From contig CM059432.1 of assembly GCA_030390025.1 (NCBI GenBank), positions 94,366,001 through 94,426,000 on the forward strand: a stretch of 60,000 nucleotides of DNA, given 5' to 3'. Positions 49,130 through 60,000 of the stretch are shown here, in pieces. Position 1 is the stretch's first letter. Each line of letters opens with the position of its first letter. The position numbers were made by a program, and so were the translations under genes. The stretch is from Squalus acanthias (lineage: Eukaryota). The notes under the pieces are model-generated. The model ran no database searches. It was not told where the DNA came from and saw only the letters and a program-made list of their open reading frames with translations.

Positions 49130-49347
49130 TGTCAGCCTTGGACACTAGCAGAACTCTTGCCCGAGTCATAAGGTTATGGGTTCAACTCCTCCTCCAGATA
49201 TTTGAGCACACGATCTAGGTGGAAACTTCAATCTTGAGTACAGTACTGAGGGAGTGCTGCACTGCTGGAGGTGCCACCTTTCGAATGAGATGTTAAACCG
49301 AGGAACTGTCCGCTCCTCTCAAGTGGACATTTAAGATCTCATGGCAT
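49130..49347 (+). mobile_element. DeuSINE (SacSINE1/AmnSINE-like) 5' fragment
   Basis: tRNA-like head GGGTTCAACTCC, then Deu-domain-like CAGTACTGAGGGAGTGCTGCACTG...GAGATGTTAAACCGAGG. Recognised from memory. Confidence 0.7.
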
Positions 49348-49374
49348 TCAACCCAATGATTGGTGCATCTGCCG

Positions 49375-49577
49375 ATTCTCTCTCCCCCCCAACCCCATAT
49401 ATTTTTTCCAACCTTACTAAAATGTTTGTTTATCTTTAATTTCTCAGTTCTGATGAAGGGTACTCATTCAAAACAACAAAACTTGCCTTCTCTCTTCACA
49501 GATGCTGGCTGACCTATGGTGCATTTCCACCATTTTATTTTTATTTTACATTTCCAGCATTTGCAGTTTTCCTTTTT
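49375..49577 (+). mobile_element. Old Penelope 3' repeat with a decayed hammerhead
   Basis: CAGTTCTGATGAAGGG...CACAGATGCTGGCTGACC...TTCCAGCATTTGCAG. Confidence 0.6.
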
Positions 49578-51249
49578 TAGTAATCTTGTGAAAAATGTTC
49601 TGAATCATACAGGATACTATGTTGTGGAGATCCATTTTTTGTTAACTGCTGTTTTTCACCAGCAGGAGGAATGACGCTATGTCTTCTTCCTATAGGCACC
49701 TCTGGTTTGGATGGCACTGTGCCTACAGCACGAAGGAAGCCATTCGACCCTTTGAAAAAGCTTTACAATCCCACACCCCTGCACTTTCCCCACAGACCTG
49801 CAAATTTTCTGAAAGTTACTATTGAATCTGCATCTACCACCCTTTCAGGCAGTACATTCCAGATCAAAACACTTGCTGTGTAAAACAATTTTTCCTCATT
49901 CCCCCCCCCCCCCAGATATTTTGTCAATTATTTTAAATCTGTTAAAGAAATTTAAAGATATTAAAGACATCTAGCCTCATTTTTTGTGGGAGGGGTGTTG
50001 GAGAAGGGACTCTCTTAACTCCACTCCATTTTCTTTCACTATTTGCTTCACAAGTTATTCAATACATATACAGTATGCCATTTTTCGATTCACTGATTTA
50101 TAGAGTCATATGTTCCTGCTGATCCCAACAGTGAGCAACCAGACCATGGGGGAAAAAGAACTCCAATATTGTTGTGTAACAGAATATCTCCTTTCTGCAG
50201 TTTTAAAATTTCAACATTATTTTTAAATTCAAAATTAGCCTTGGGCTAACCATTTTGTGCAACCATTCATGCCCTACATGCTGTGCTCTGTAGCTATGTT
50301 AAAGAACTACCATTTTAAATATGGTAGAGTTCCTCCTTTGGTGCACTACTACGAAACTACCCTTATTTTTATTTCATATTTAAAAACCTGTTCCTTCAAA
50401 ATACATTAAATGGTTCCTCACCTAGATTACTACATAGATAATGAGCATTTTTCATTAATCCTTTTCTTCTTCACTGAATTTAACATCTTTGGTCCTATTC
50501 TGAATTTCTGTCTATTTCTGCAGGTGTGGCATGAGGCAGCAAGCCAGGTTTTAATTGTCTTCCCTGATTAACACAATATAAACATGTTCACACAGCCCCA
50601 AGGCCCTACATTTTACTTTGCTGTTGATAGGGCAGATTTGCAATTTGTTCTCATTAGTTTTATTTTAGCCTTCATAATTCAAATTTATGTTTTCTGTCAT
50701 AAATATCTGACGGCAATGCTGATATTATATTGCAATTACAAATAAAAATTATGACTAAAAGGCATAGTAGTAAGCACAACCCAATGTCAATACTGACAGC
50801 CTTATTTATAATCAAATTATGCATATGTTAGGAGCTGCTGGCCAGAACATGAACATAACAGCAGAGTAGTGTGGTTGAAAACTAATTTAGTAAGAAAAGA
50901 AAGCATTTACTGTCCATTCTTCAACTGTAATACAGTGACAACATGCCAGTTGCTGAACTGAACAGGCCCTGACAATCAACCCCCGAGGAGGAGAATCTGT
51001 CAGTACTAATATTGTACAGCTCACAGGCACACAACTTGCTCAAAGAGTTTTCTTTTCTCTATGGAAGAGCTAGACTGATGCTCAGAGCTGACAGCTAGGT
51101 ATATCTCAGCCAAACCAGCAGAATAACACCAAGAGAATGGTAATAACCCCAGCAGTCAAATTTTATTACATGGAAGCCCATGGGAAAAAAATACCAAACA
51201 GCTTGTGCTTCAGACTTTATGTTGTTCTTCCTTACATACATTACTATCC

Positions 51250-53050
51250 TCAGAGGCAGCAGTTGTCCTCTTTCGGGTCTGCACAGAGTGGGATTAAACG
51301 GAGTGGACTTGAACAGAGTGTTTTATTTGGAATTTGGAAAGAGAGGGAATTTGGAGAAGAGGGGGAAGGAATTGCTGCTTTTTGCCTACACTACTTGTAG
51401 TGCTTTGTGTTATAGGTAGATATTTAATTTCAGTACCCTTAACTTAATCTAGATCAAGTAAGTAGTCAAGAAACTACACTGTAAACTAAGTTACCTAATT
51501 AGAAATTTAATTAAATAAAGAAGGTCATATAGGGATGGCAGTGCAGGTGGTGTGCCGCAACTGCAGCATGTGGGAGTTTATGGAGAGCATTGTGATCCCG
51601 GACAACCACGTTTTTAGTAAGTGCCTGCATCTTGAGGAACTTCAGCTTAGAGTTTTTGAGCTGGAGTCTGAGGTGCAGACATTGTGGGGCATCAGGGATG
51701 GGGAGAGTTACCTGGACACTTTGATCCAGGAGGCAGTCACACCCCTTAGGTTAGGTAGTGGTACAGGTCTGGTTAGTGGTCAGGGACAGGAGGGGGTGAC
51801 TGCAACTCAGGCAGGTAAGGGGACCCCAGGTGCAGTGCTGGAGGAGCCTCAGCCTTTGCCCTTGTCCAACAGGTATGAGGTTCTTGCTGCTGTGTGGTTG
51901 AGGGAAAAGCCTGCAGGATGGATGAGCAAGCTGACCATGGCATCATGGTGCAGGAGGCCATTCAAGTGGGGGGGGGGGGGGACTGAAAGGGAATGTAGTT
52001 GTGGTAGGGGACAGTATAGTCAGGGGGATAGATACTGTTCTCTGCAGCCACAACCGGGAGTTCCGAAGGTTGTGTTGCCTGCCAGGGTTAAAGACATCTC
52101 CTGGAGGAGAACTTGGAGTAGGAGGGGGAGGATCCAGTTGCCGTGGTCCACGTAGGAACCAATGACATAGGTAGAACTAGGAATGAGGTTCTGCTGAGGG
52201 AGTTTGAGGAGCTAGGATCCAAATTAAAAAGCAGAACCTCAAAGGTAATAATCTCTGGATTGTTACCTGAGCCACGCGCAAATTGGCATAGGGACAAACA
52301 GATTAGAGCTTTAAATGCGTGGCTCAAAGAGTATTGCGGGAGGAAGAGGTTTCAGTTCATGGGTCACTGGCACCAGTACTGGGGAAAGAGGGAGCCATTC
52401 TGTTGGGACGGGCTCCACTGGGCTGGGACCAGTGCCCTGGCGAACCGAATAACTAGGGCAGTAGACAGGGCTTTAAACTAATGAAGGGGGGTGGGGGGGA
52501 GGATTCAGGAAAGAGTAAATTGAAAAGCAGCGAGAGAAATGTCAAGGCTCTAGAGCAGAGTAGAGTTTTGGGTAAAAATAAGTAGAGTGGGTCAGGAAGG
52601 GACAGAGAGAGAGTAACAAAGGTAATAAGGCAACAGTGACTAATGTGACATCAGAGAAAAAATAGAAATAAGTCAAAGCTAAAGGCACTATATCTGAATG
52701 TGCGAAGCATCAAAATAGATGAATTATTAGCGCAGATAGGAATTAACAGGTTTGATCTGATAGCCATAACGGAGACGTGGTTGCAAAGTGGCCAAGGTTG
52801 GGAACTAAATATTCCCGGATACTTAACTTTTAGAAGAGATAGGCAAAATGGAAAAGGAGGTGGGGTAGCTCTGATAATAAAAAATGGGATAAAGACAGTA
52901 GAGAGGTAGGATCTTAGCTCCGAAAATCAAGAAGTAGAATCAGTTTGGGTGGAGCTAAGAAACAGCAAGGGGCAGAAAACATTGGTGGGAGTTGTTTATA
53001 GGCCCCCAAACAGTAGTTGTAATGTAGGGCAGAGTATAAATCAGGAAATT
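51250..53050 (+). mobile_element. CR1 LINE 5' portion: ORF1 (Zn-finger/leucine zipper + SGNH esterase, 51535-52481, frameshifted) and start of the ORF2 AP endonuclease
   Basis: VVCRNCSMW..KC..LEELQLRVFELE; VHVGTND...NAWL...DGLH; LNVRSI...IAITETWL...GGGVAL. Confidence 0.9.
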
Positions 53051-53953
53051 AACAACAATGTGCATTTATAAAGCGTCATTAACGTAGAACAATGATAATG
53101 CACAAGAGGCCAGAGTTGGAGGAACATAGAGTTCCGGGAAGGATGTGAGGCTGGAGAAGGTTAGATATAGAGAAGTGTAAGGCGAGTAAGTGACGGGATC
53201 AGTTCCAGGCCGTCCCGCGGGAGTCGTATGATTGGGGTGGGGGCGCGAAAAGGTGGCAGGGGAAGCCTAATCTTTCCTTGTGGGGCCTGGAGATGCACTC
53301 ACTCCTGTTCCATCAACAAAACTAGATGCCTTTGTGGAATCATAGATATTTAATGAATTGGGCCATGGGCCTCATAGGAATTGTGATATATTAGTCCATG
53401 GGGTTATTTATAACACACCGACATATTTGACAGATGACCTTACGATTTGTAACTTCACATGATGACACATATCTTAGCATAAACTCACACAAACTCAAAA
53501 CTGAATAGATTAACTTGATTCTATAAATTGTAATGTTGCAGAATTTAATTTAATTGATTATTTATTGAACACATTGCAGTGCATGTGCAACCTAATCTGT
53601 TCTAGTGGAAGCCTGGAGGCTTAAAATCTTTTTTTAATGAAAGTGTTTGAATATTAAAGATTTATTAATACTAAATCATCCTGAGAAATTATATTAATCT
53701 CACAAAGAAAATGGACTGCTCCTAGCTTAGTGTACCCTCAAGAATTTTGATGATAACTAACCTTTTTATATTTTGTTGGTTTAAAGCTCCTAATGAGTCT
53801 TTATGATGATCACATTTAATACTGGTATGGGAGTCAAAGGAACAGGTGCAAGGTGAAGTTGCAGCATTCTGAAAGGTGTGTGTGTTTGGTAGGGTGGAGG
53901 TGGGTGGGCAAATGAAAGAGCTTTGATTGAACCTGCTATTGGATAGAGATGTG

Positions 53954-54582
53954 GAGGTAGAAATTGGACTGTGCAGCACCCACTTTACGGGTGTAAAATG
54001 GGAACAAGGGCCAATTTCGGGGACCAACGTCCAACACATTAAGAACGTCTGAAAGATGTTCGATCCGATATTGGGTTGAGCTATTTTTCAGATGTTCAAG
54101 ATGGCCGCCTAAAGCCCACCTTGCATATGCTAATGAGGGGGTAACACCTGTTTTAGGACCCCTCAGTGAAATAGGGCTGCCCTGAGTGATGCAGGTGTCA
54201 GGCCTGCTCTGCTTAGGGTTTCCAGGTGTGGATGCAGTCTAGCGAGCGGCCGCCACCAAAAGAGTTGAGAATTTTTTAGGTTTGATGTGGAGCCAGGAGC
54301 GTGAGTGCTCCTCTCAGCTCCACAGTACTCCCGAGGGCCACTGCCGGCCCACGATTCGTTCCCACTCCCATTCTCCCCCCACCATCACCACCCCCTTCCC
54401 CGAACCAACATAGCTCTTTTAAAAATGGGTTGGCTTCCTTTGGAGGCACGACAAGGTACCAGCAGTTCGCCCAAATAATGTTAATGAATCCCACAGTCTA
54501 ATTTCAGGCCGGCCTGGGGCCTCCTGGTTGGGGCAAACACTCAATTCAGGACCAACAATGGCCCTAAGGGAATTTCCACATC
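53954..54582. mobile_element. Old Harbinger-type MITE
   Basis: Ends GAGGTAGAAATT / AATTTCCACATC and a GC-rich interior with motifs shared with 18470; imperfect TSD. Confidence 0.4.
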
Positions 54583-55269
54583 ATGGTATCAAAAGGTAAA
54601 GACCTAGTTAAAAGTCTCCCCCCTCACATGTTTATCCTATTTCCATGCCGTAAACAATGTTATTTACTACATTGTGGGGAGGCTAAAAATGCTAGCCTCT
54701 AAATTCTTTGGGTTCCCTCATGGGAAAAATCTAGGTCGTGCACAACATCTACCTGCCCATTAAGGGGTCAGGGCCATTTTTAGAGTGTCCATGCAACTGG
54801 GACATCCGCCTCGGGAAAGTCGGTGTGGGGATCAGCTGCAGCACAATGGTCCTAAGAAATTGTTTCAAAAATTTTGACCATGTTTTTGACAGACTGGGCT
54901 TCTGCATTGCAACTGATCACTCTGCAATTGATTGCAGAAGGGAAACCCCAGCCGTTAAAATTAAAATGCTTCCACCACCCCATCAGTGCTGGTTGCCAGA
55001 GATACACAGACATCCCTTCTGTCCAGAATTGCTAAGGGTACAAATGAGGGAACTATGTCATTAGTGTGTGAGCATATTGTGCACCTAACCCCAAAACCTA
55101 CAGAATTTCTGAAGGGAGTAAAAGGGGCAAACACTCAGCACAATTGGGTCCTGCCCCAAATTTTACCCCCCTCCGCATCCAGACAACAGTGCCTTTGCTC
55201 CTTGAAAATGGAGGAATTTTGGGACCATCTTCAATAATTTTACTAAAAAATTCATTACAACATTTAAGC

Positions 55270-56525
55270 ATCAGTAAGAGGAGTAATTACTTAGCCTGCT
55301 GTATACAGATCTAGAATGTAACTATCTGCCACATTATACAAATCATAAATTCAAATATTAAAATTGGCAGAACACTAGCATTTGAAATTTTATAGGGACA
55401 AGTATTGCACATAGGAAGAAAAGAATGGGTGCCATACATATTCCATGAATGATCTTGAAATAGCTAAGGGGGAAAAGTTGTTAGATACCTACTGCTATCA
55501 GTAGACTCGGCTCTTAACAATCATTGTAGACTAGCAATCAACAAAGCAAACAGAATGCTGAACTGTGTAGCCAAAACAGTATATTACAAGCCAGAGAAAG
55601 TCACGCTTATACTGTATTATGTTAACTTAGGACTGGTAACACATTGAAGGGTGCCCAATAAAGTGCATCAGATACTCGCTCCCCAGAAAATCGGGTACAG
55701 GGGGTGGGGTGGTGCTGCCTGAAATGCTCAGTGCACCCAATGTGCAATTTACGACAGATTCATTAAGTCCTGACTTTCATTTAAATTAGGCACTCGCCCA
55801 GTGATGCAGCTGCAGTGCCTGTGCAGTCCTCCAGTTTCACAGTGCTTTTTTTGAACAGGTACTGAAAGAGAGGCTGTCAGCAAATTAAAATTAAAAATTC
55901 AAGCACTTCTGTCATCACCCCAGCATCAGTGACCCCATACCATATACCCCTTACCTGGTCCCCTCCTCCCCACCCCCATGCCAGGAAAGTGTCTTGATAC
56001 ACCATGGGCAGCCAGCAGCCCATCAATGCTAGCCCCAATAATGTGGTTCTGGCAATCCCCCACCCCTCCCAACCCGCCCCCACCCCCACCACCGTGAAAG
56101 ACACATCTGGAGTGCCAGTAAATTATGTAAATAAGATGACTTCACGTTATTGATCCCATGAATATTGTGTCCGATTCTGATCATTGAGACACAGGGAGAT
56201 AGTGAAAGCCTGGCAGAGAAGAGCTACAAGATTCCTGGCAGCAGAAGACTTATATATGAGGAAAGACTGAAGAAACTTGGGTTTTTCTATCTTGAAAGAA
56301 GAGGATTGAAAGGGGACTCCATAGAAGCATATAAAATAGTAAACAGCATAGAAAATAAAATCTAAATGTTAATTCAAATCAAACCAGCAAAATGTAAATT
56401 CAGGGCTGATGTCAGGAAGTTCTTCACACAAAGAGTGATGAGCACATGGAAAGGTCTCCTGGGTAGGCTAGTAGAGGCAAGAACTCTGGGAATCATTTAA
56501 GAAACAGCCAGATGTTGCAATGGGA
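55270..56525 (+). mobile_element. Ancient CR1 3' region with an insertion at about 55625-56155
   Basis: AINKANRML near 55533; YEERLKKLGFFYLERRGLKGDSIEAYKI. Confidence 0.7.
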
Positions 56526-56532
56526 AGACTGC

Positions 56533-56930
56533 CATAGAAGTTTACCACACAGATGGAGGCCATTCAGCCTACTGTGTCTGAACTTACTCTTTGCTAGAGA
56601 AGTATCAAACTAAGCGTACTATCTGGCTCTCTCCCCATTGCCATTTATCTTCCTCTGTTTCAACTGTTGATCCACTTTTCCCTTAAAAGATGCAATGGTC
56701 TCTGCCTCAACTACTTCCTGTGGCACATAATTGCTCCAACAGCTCTTTGCATAAAGAAATTTCTCCTAACTTCACTCCTCACTCTCTTATTAGAACTAAA
56801 GAATCCCCGAGAAGTGTACAGCACCGAAAGAGGCCATCCAGCCCATCGTGTTGGTTCCTGCTCTTTGCTACAGCAATCCAATACTAATCCCACTGCCCCA
56901 TTCTCTCCCAGATACTGCCTGCAAGTGCAC
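56533..56930 (-). mobile_element. Two short CR1 3'-end fragments
   Basis: RSEVRRNFFMQRAV on the minus strand; GAGGCCATTCAGCC 3' UTR motifs. Confidence 0.65.
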
Positions 56931-57479
56931 CTTTCCTCACAGTATCCCCCTCTATGTCTCCTTGTTTTCCTGCTGCTCCTATCACCTCCTTCTATGTCTT
57001 GGACTTCTGACATCATGTTTTGCCCATGATTTTCCCTGTGTTTTTTCTAAGGAGAACATGACTACGAATCTCAAGCCACAGGTGGTGACATAATTGATCT
57101 TTGGCTTCCCATCCCATATGAGGAAATTCACTGGAGCTCCTGAGGGGCGTGGGGGGAACACACCATAGGAGTTGTTGGTAACAAAGTAGTAGGAGGGCCA
57201 GTGGCAACTGTAGGTCATGTGGACCATTTGTTGTTTTTCAATCTCATAGTGTGGGAGCACACACACCCTTTGCAAGCAAACTTTCATGTTCTTTCAAGTG
57301 CAACACAACACATCAAATTTGACCTCAACCGTTCTAACCTCTCTTTCTCTTTTGCTGTAGATTGAACACAGTAAGACGCTGCTTCTACTAAAATATTGGC
57401 CCCCAATTTCTGCATTTCTTCCAGGGCACTTCTGCCGTAATTTGGAAGCAAATGCACCAGATGCCTGGGAGATAAGAAT

Positions 57480-57925
57480 AAAGAAAAGAAGAATTTGCAT
57501 CTATATAGCATCTTTCAGACATCAGGACATCCCAAAGCACTTCACAGCAAATTAAGTACTTTTGAAGTGTAGTCACTGTTGTAATGTAGGGAAACACAGC
57601 AGCCAATTCACAAATAGCAAGGTCCCACAAAAAGCAATGAGATAAATAACCAGATAATGTTTTAGTAATGTTGGTGGAAGGATAAATGCTGGCTAGGACA
57701 CTGGGAAAACTCCCTGCTCTTCATTCAACAGTTACATATATGTTATAAGGCATATATAGGATCTTGGTTTAATGTCTCACCTGAAAAAACAGCAACTCCA
57801 AGAATGCGGCACTTCCTCAATACTGCTCTGAAGTGTCAGCTTTGATTATGTGTTCAAATCATGGGGTGAGGCTTGAACACACAAACCTCAGGAACCAAGA
57901 CTGAAACTGGATACTCTGAGTCTTG
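57480..57925 (-). mobile_element. DeuSINE (SacSINE1-like), near full length
   Basis: Reverse complement of the domain at 49240-49300 plus an L2-like tail (GCTATATAGATGCAAATTCTTCTTTTCTTT). Confidence 0.75.
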
Positions 57926-58712
57926 GTCTTCATTGCCAGTTTCCAGGTGAGGGTGCCTTGTTTTGGGGTAGAACCTGTGTCCGCTCCAAGCAAGATCACA
58001 TGCATCAGAGGGACGGAAGTTTCCTTGGCCTGGCCTGGGATGCACTGACAGTTTAGTATGCAGGTGAGAACAGGTACACTGGCCAGCGGAAATAGAACCC
58101 AGCTGAGGGTGCAAGTCTGGAATGTAGCCTGGAACACCTGGAGAACATTTTTTTGAGCCCCTTATAAAGTGGGCAGATGGGGGCTAACCTTTGTCCTCTT
58201 CTGGTCCAGTGGTGCAGCGAATGACTGGCCCGTGCTGAAATTCCCACCCCCTTCTTCTGGCAGGCACCTGAAATACACTTGTAGTAGTGTACGTATCTGC
58301 CTTTGACATGCTAATGACAGACCTCCCCTGACCCCGGCATCTGGTGGGGTCAGCGACAAAGGTTCCCAGCAGGCACATCCCAGCACTTAGAATGGATGTT
58401 GAGCCCATAGATTCTCAGTCCCATCAGATGTGAGTTGGTAGCATTGTAATCCTGGCAACTATCCAGAATATGGGGAAGTTGCTAAGCACCTTGTGAAATC
58501 TGTGAGATGTAATGGAGATGTAAGGCAGAATTATATGGAGTTGGGAATGTGGGAGTTGGGCACATTCAGAAGCCACAAAGGAGATCTTTGCCTTCATTTA
58601 CTGATTTGAGAAAGTGTTGCTGATAAATTATCATCTAATCTCTCTGCTGGGAGTATAATGTAAAGCCCCTCCAGAATAATCCAGACTCAGGAATCAACCC
58701 TTTAAATTCCAG

Positions 58713-58900
58713 GGTTAGTGGTTGAGGCGCAAACTGTCAACATTCAAGATTAGATTGGCTAGGTGGATGAAAGAAAAGGGGTTGAAGGAATGTGGGTACA
58801 GGGTGGGTAAATGTGATTGGAACTTTTTGCTCGCGTGGAAGGTAAACGCTGACATGGACTGGTTGGGCCGAATGGCCTGTTTCCATGTTGTAACTTCTAT
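58713..58900 (+). mobile_element. CR1 3'-end fragment
   Basis: TFKIRLARWMKEKGLKECG; TGGGCCGAATGGCCTGTTTCC...TTCTATG. Confidence 0.75.
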
Positions 58901-59640
58901 GTATTTATATGTATACATGCTATCTATTCCCCTCATATCCTGGGAAAGCTAACGATGTGATTAAATTGAAAGTTCTCTCATTTTGTTGTAGGGAGGGGGG
59001 GGGGGCATCCTGAAATTTATAAACTGGGCAGCCTTGTTAAACAAGGCTTCCTTGTTAAACAAGGCATCAGGTACCCAATGCAGCAATGCACCACAAACAG
59101 ACTAATATTTAAGTGCTGTCCTGTGGTGTAGGAGGGTTGGCTGAGACACAGCTCATTCAGAGCTTCTTTGGTGAAGTGTAGTCTCTTCATGCGTATCTCC
59201 TGACTGGCATCTTGGAAAGAGTGCTGGAGTCTGTAAAGTTGGGTATTGGTTAGTAGGTCTTATCATCCTCCTATGATGTATTCTCAGGCATGCTTCCTTC
59301 TATTTTTCATCTTTCTGCTCTTGTTCTTCCTCCAGTGAAATTGGAAACAGAGGGATCTCCATTAGGAAACCCATGTTGAAGTTTGCATGAGGAGAATTAA
59401 TTTTCAAAAATAGTCCCAGAGGCTATATTTACACAGGTTGAAGTGAAGGGATAATTACTAGTCCTAGCCCCTTTAGGGCTACCCCAGATCAGGCGTATTC
59501 CCCAGACGTTCACTTTCAACTAAAGTTTGAGGTAGCCGAATCCTAAAGACGCTTAATTGGGTCTAAAGGTCTGGACTATCTCTCCCTAAAGGAAAGGAAC
59601 AACCTGAAGATGTTACCGTCCTCCAGATAGCACTTTTAAT

Positions 59641-60000
59641 GGCCCAAAAATTCGGCCCTTCCCGCACACTGTGTACTCACCCGTATTGCTTCCCGAAGTG
59701 CCGGTTTCCTGCATGCACTGCGCATGCGCGGGAAACCGGAACTTCCGGTATGGTGAAGGGGGCGGTTCCTAGGTGAACCGCGTGCGCGCTAGAGGCTGCG
59801 CGCACGCAGCACACTTAGATTTTTTTTCAGGTTTCTACGCGAGGGTAAGTATTGAAGATACTATGCTAATAAAAAGGAGGCGTAAGACTCCTTTTGAACA
59901 AGGTAAGTGGTTAATTAAGTATAATTTTAAATTTTTTTCAACAGGTTTATCTTTTTTAGATACTTTAAAGAAAGGTAAGTTTATTTTTATAACTTTTAAA
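59641..60000. other. CpG-rich segment: probable Harbinger-type element left end carrying NRF1/ETS/GC-box motifs, or a promoter
   Basis: AAT|GGCCCAAAAATTCGG TIR-like start; TGCGCATGCGC, CCGGAACTTCCGG and GGGGCGG. Truncated by the window end. Confidence 0.4.

Larger units (their letters stand above)
56990..59416 (+). mobile_element. Highly decayed Harbinger relic (Myb exon remnants +, transposase remnants -), split by a SINE and CR1
   Basis: Plus strand near 57052-57150: ATGGDIIDLWLPIPYEEI.LELL (exon 2-like). Minus strand: YRLQHSFQDASQEIRMKRLHFTKEALNELC (about 59146-59240), NISLFVVHCCI..DALFNKAAQFINF (about 59010-59125) and LDYSGGALHYTPSR (58643-58684). Confidence 0.7.

Noticed and set aside
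57284..57511. Protein-like minus-strand ORF with a strong splice acceptor at 57465
   Set aside because: The pyrimidine tract is a SINE tail and the region lies within a plus-strand Harbinger relic; no recognisable homology.
59031..59065. Duplicated palindrome GCCTTGTTAAACAAGGC as a regulatory site
   Set aside because: Explained as a local duplication within the decayed transposase codons (DALFNK).

Overview
Eukaryotic, vertebrate-like non-genic DNA. The repeat content (CR1 LINEs with 8-bp tails, DeuSINE/SacSINE1-like SINEs, Neptune-type Penelope elements) points to a cartilaginous fish such as a shark; this is an inference. No host protein-coding exon could be supported. The window is a dense, nested transposon landscape. 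It holds at least 8 PIF/Harbinger copies: family A x3, family B x3, and two older relics. Their shared plan is a spliced Myb/SANT-trihelix gene (+) facing a convergent HARBI1-like DDE transposase (-); two copies retain only the Myb gene. It also holds many Harbinger-type MITEs, about 10 CR1 fragments, a second LINE family with a partner SINE, Penelope-like fragments with GIY-YIG and minimal hammerhead ribozyme motifs, DeuSINEs and a probable LTR with a PBS. Main highlights: (1) an apparently fully intact autonomous Harbinger at 37135-41530; (2) a semi-palindromic target preference (RAYAC-NNN-GTRTY) with non-TAA TSDs, including two families inserted at the same base of CR1; (3) family-specific subterminal motifs that may be read by the Myb domains; (4) Myb partners carrying expanding heptad repeats and an AT-hook; (5) dimer-type hammerhead motifs. 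These are new-looking members or properties of known element classes. I cannot establish a wholly new system without database searches.
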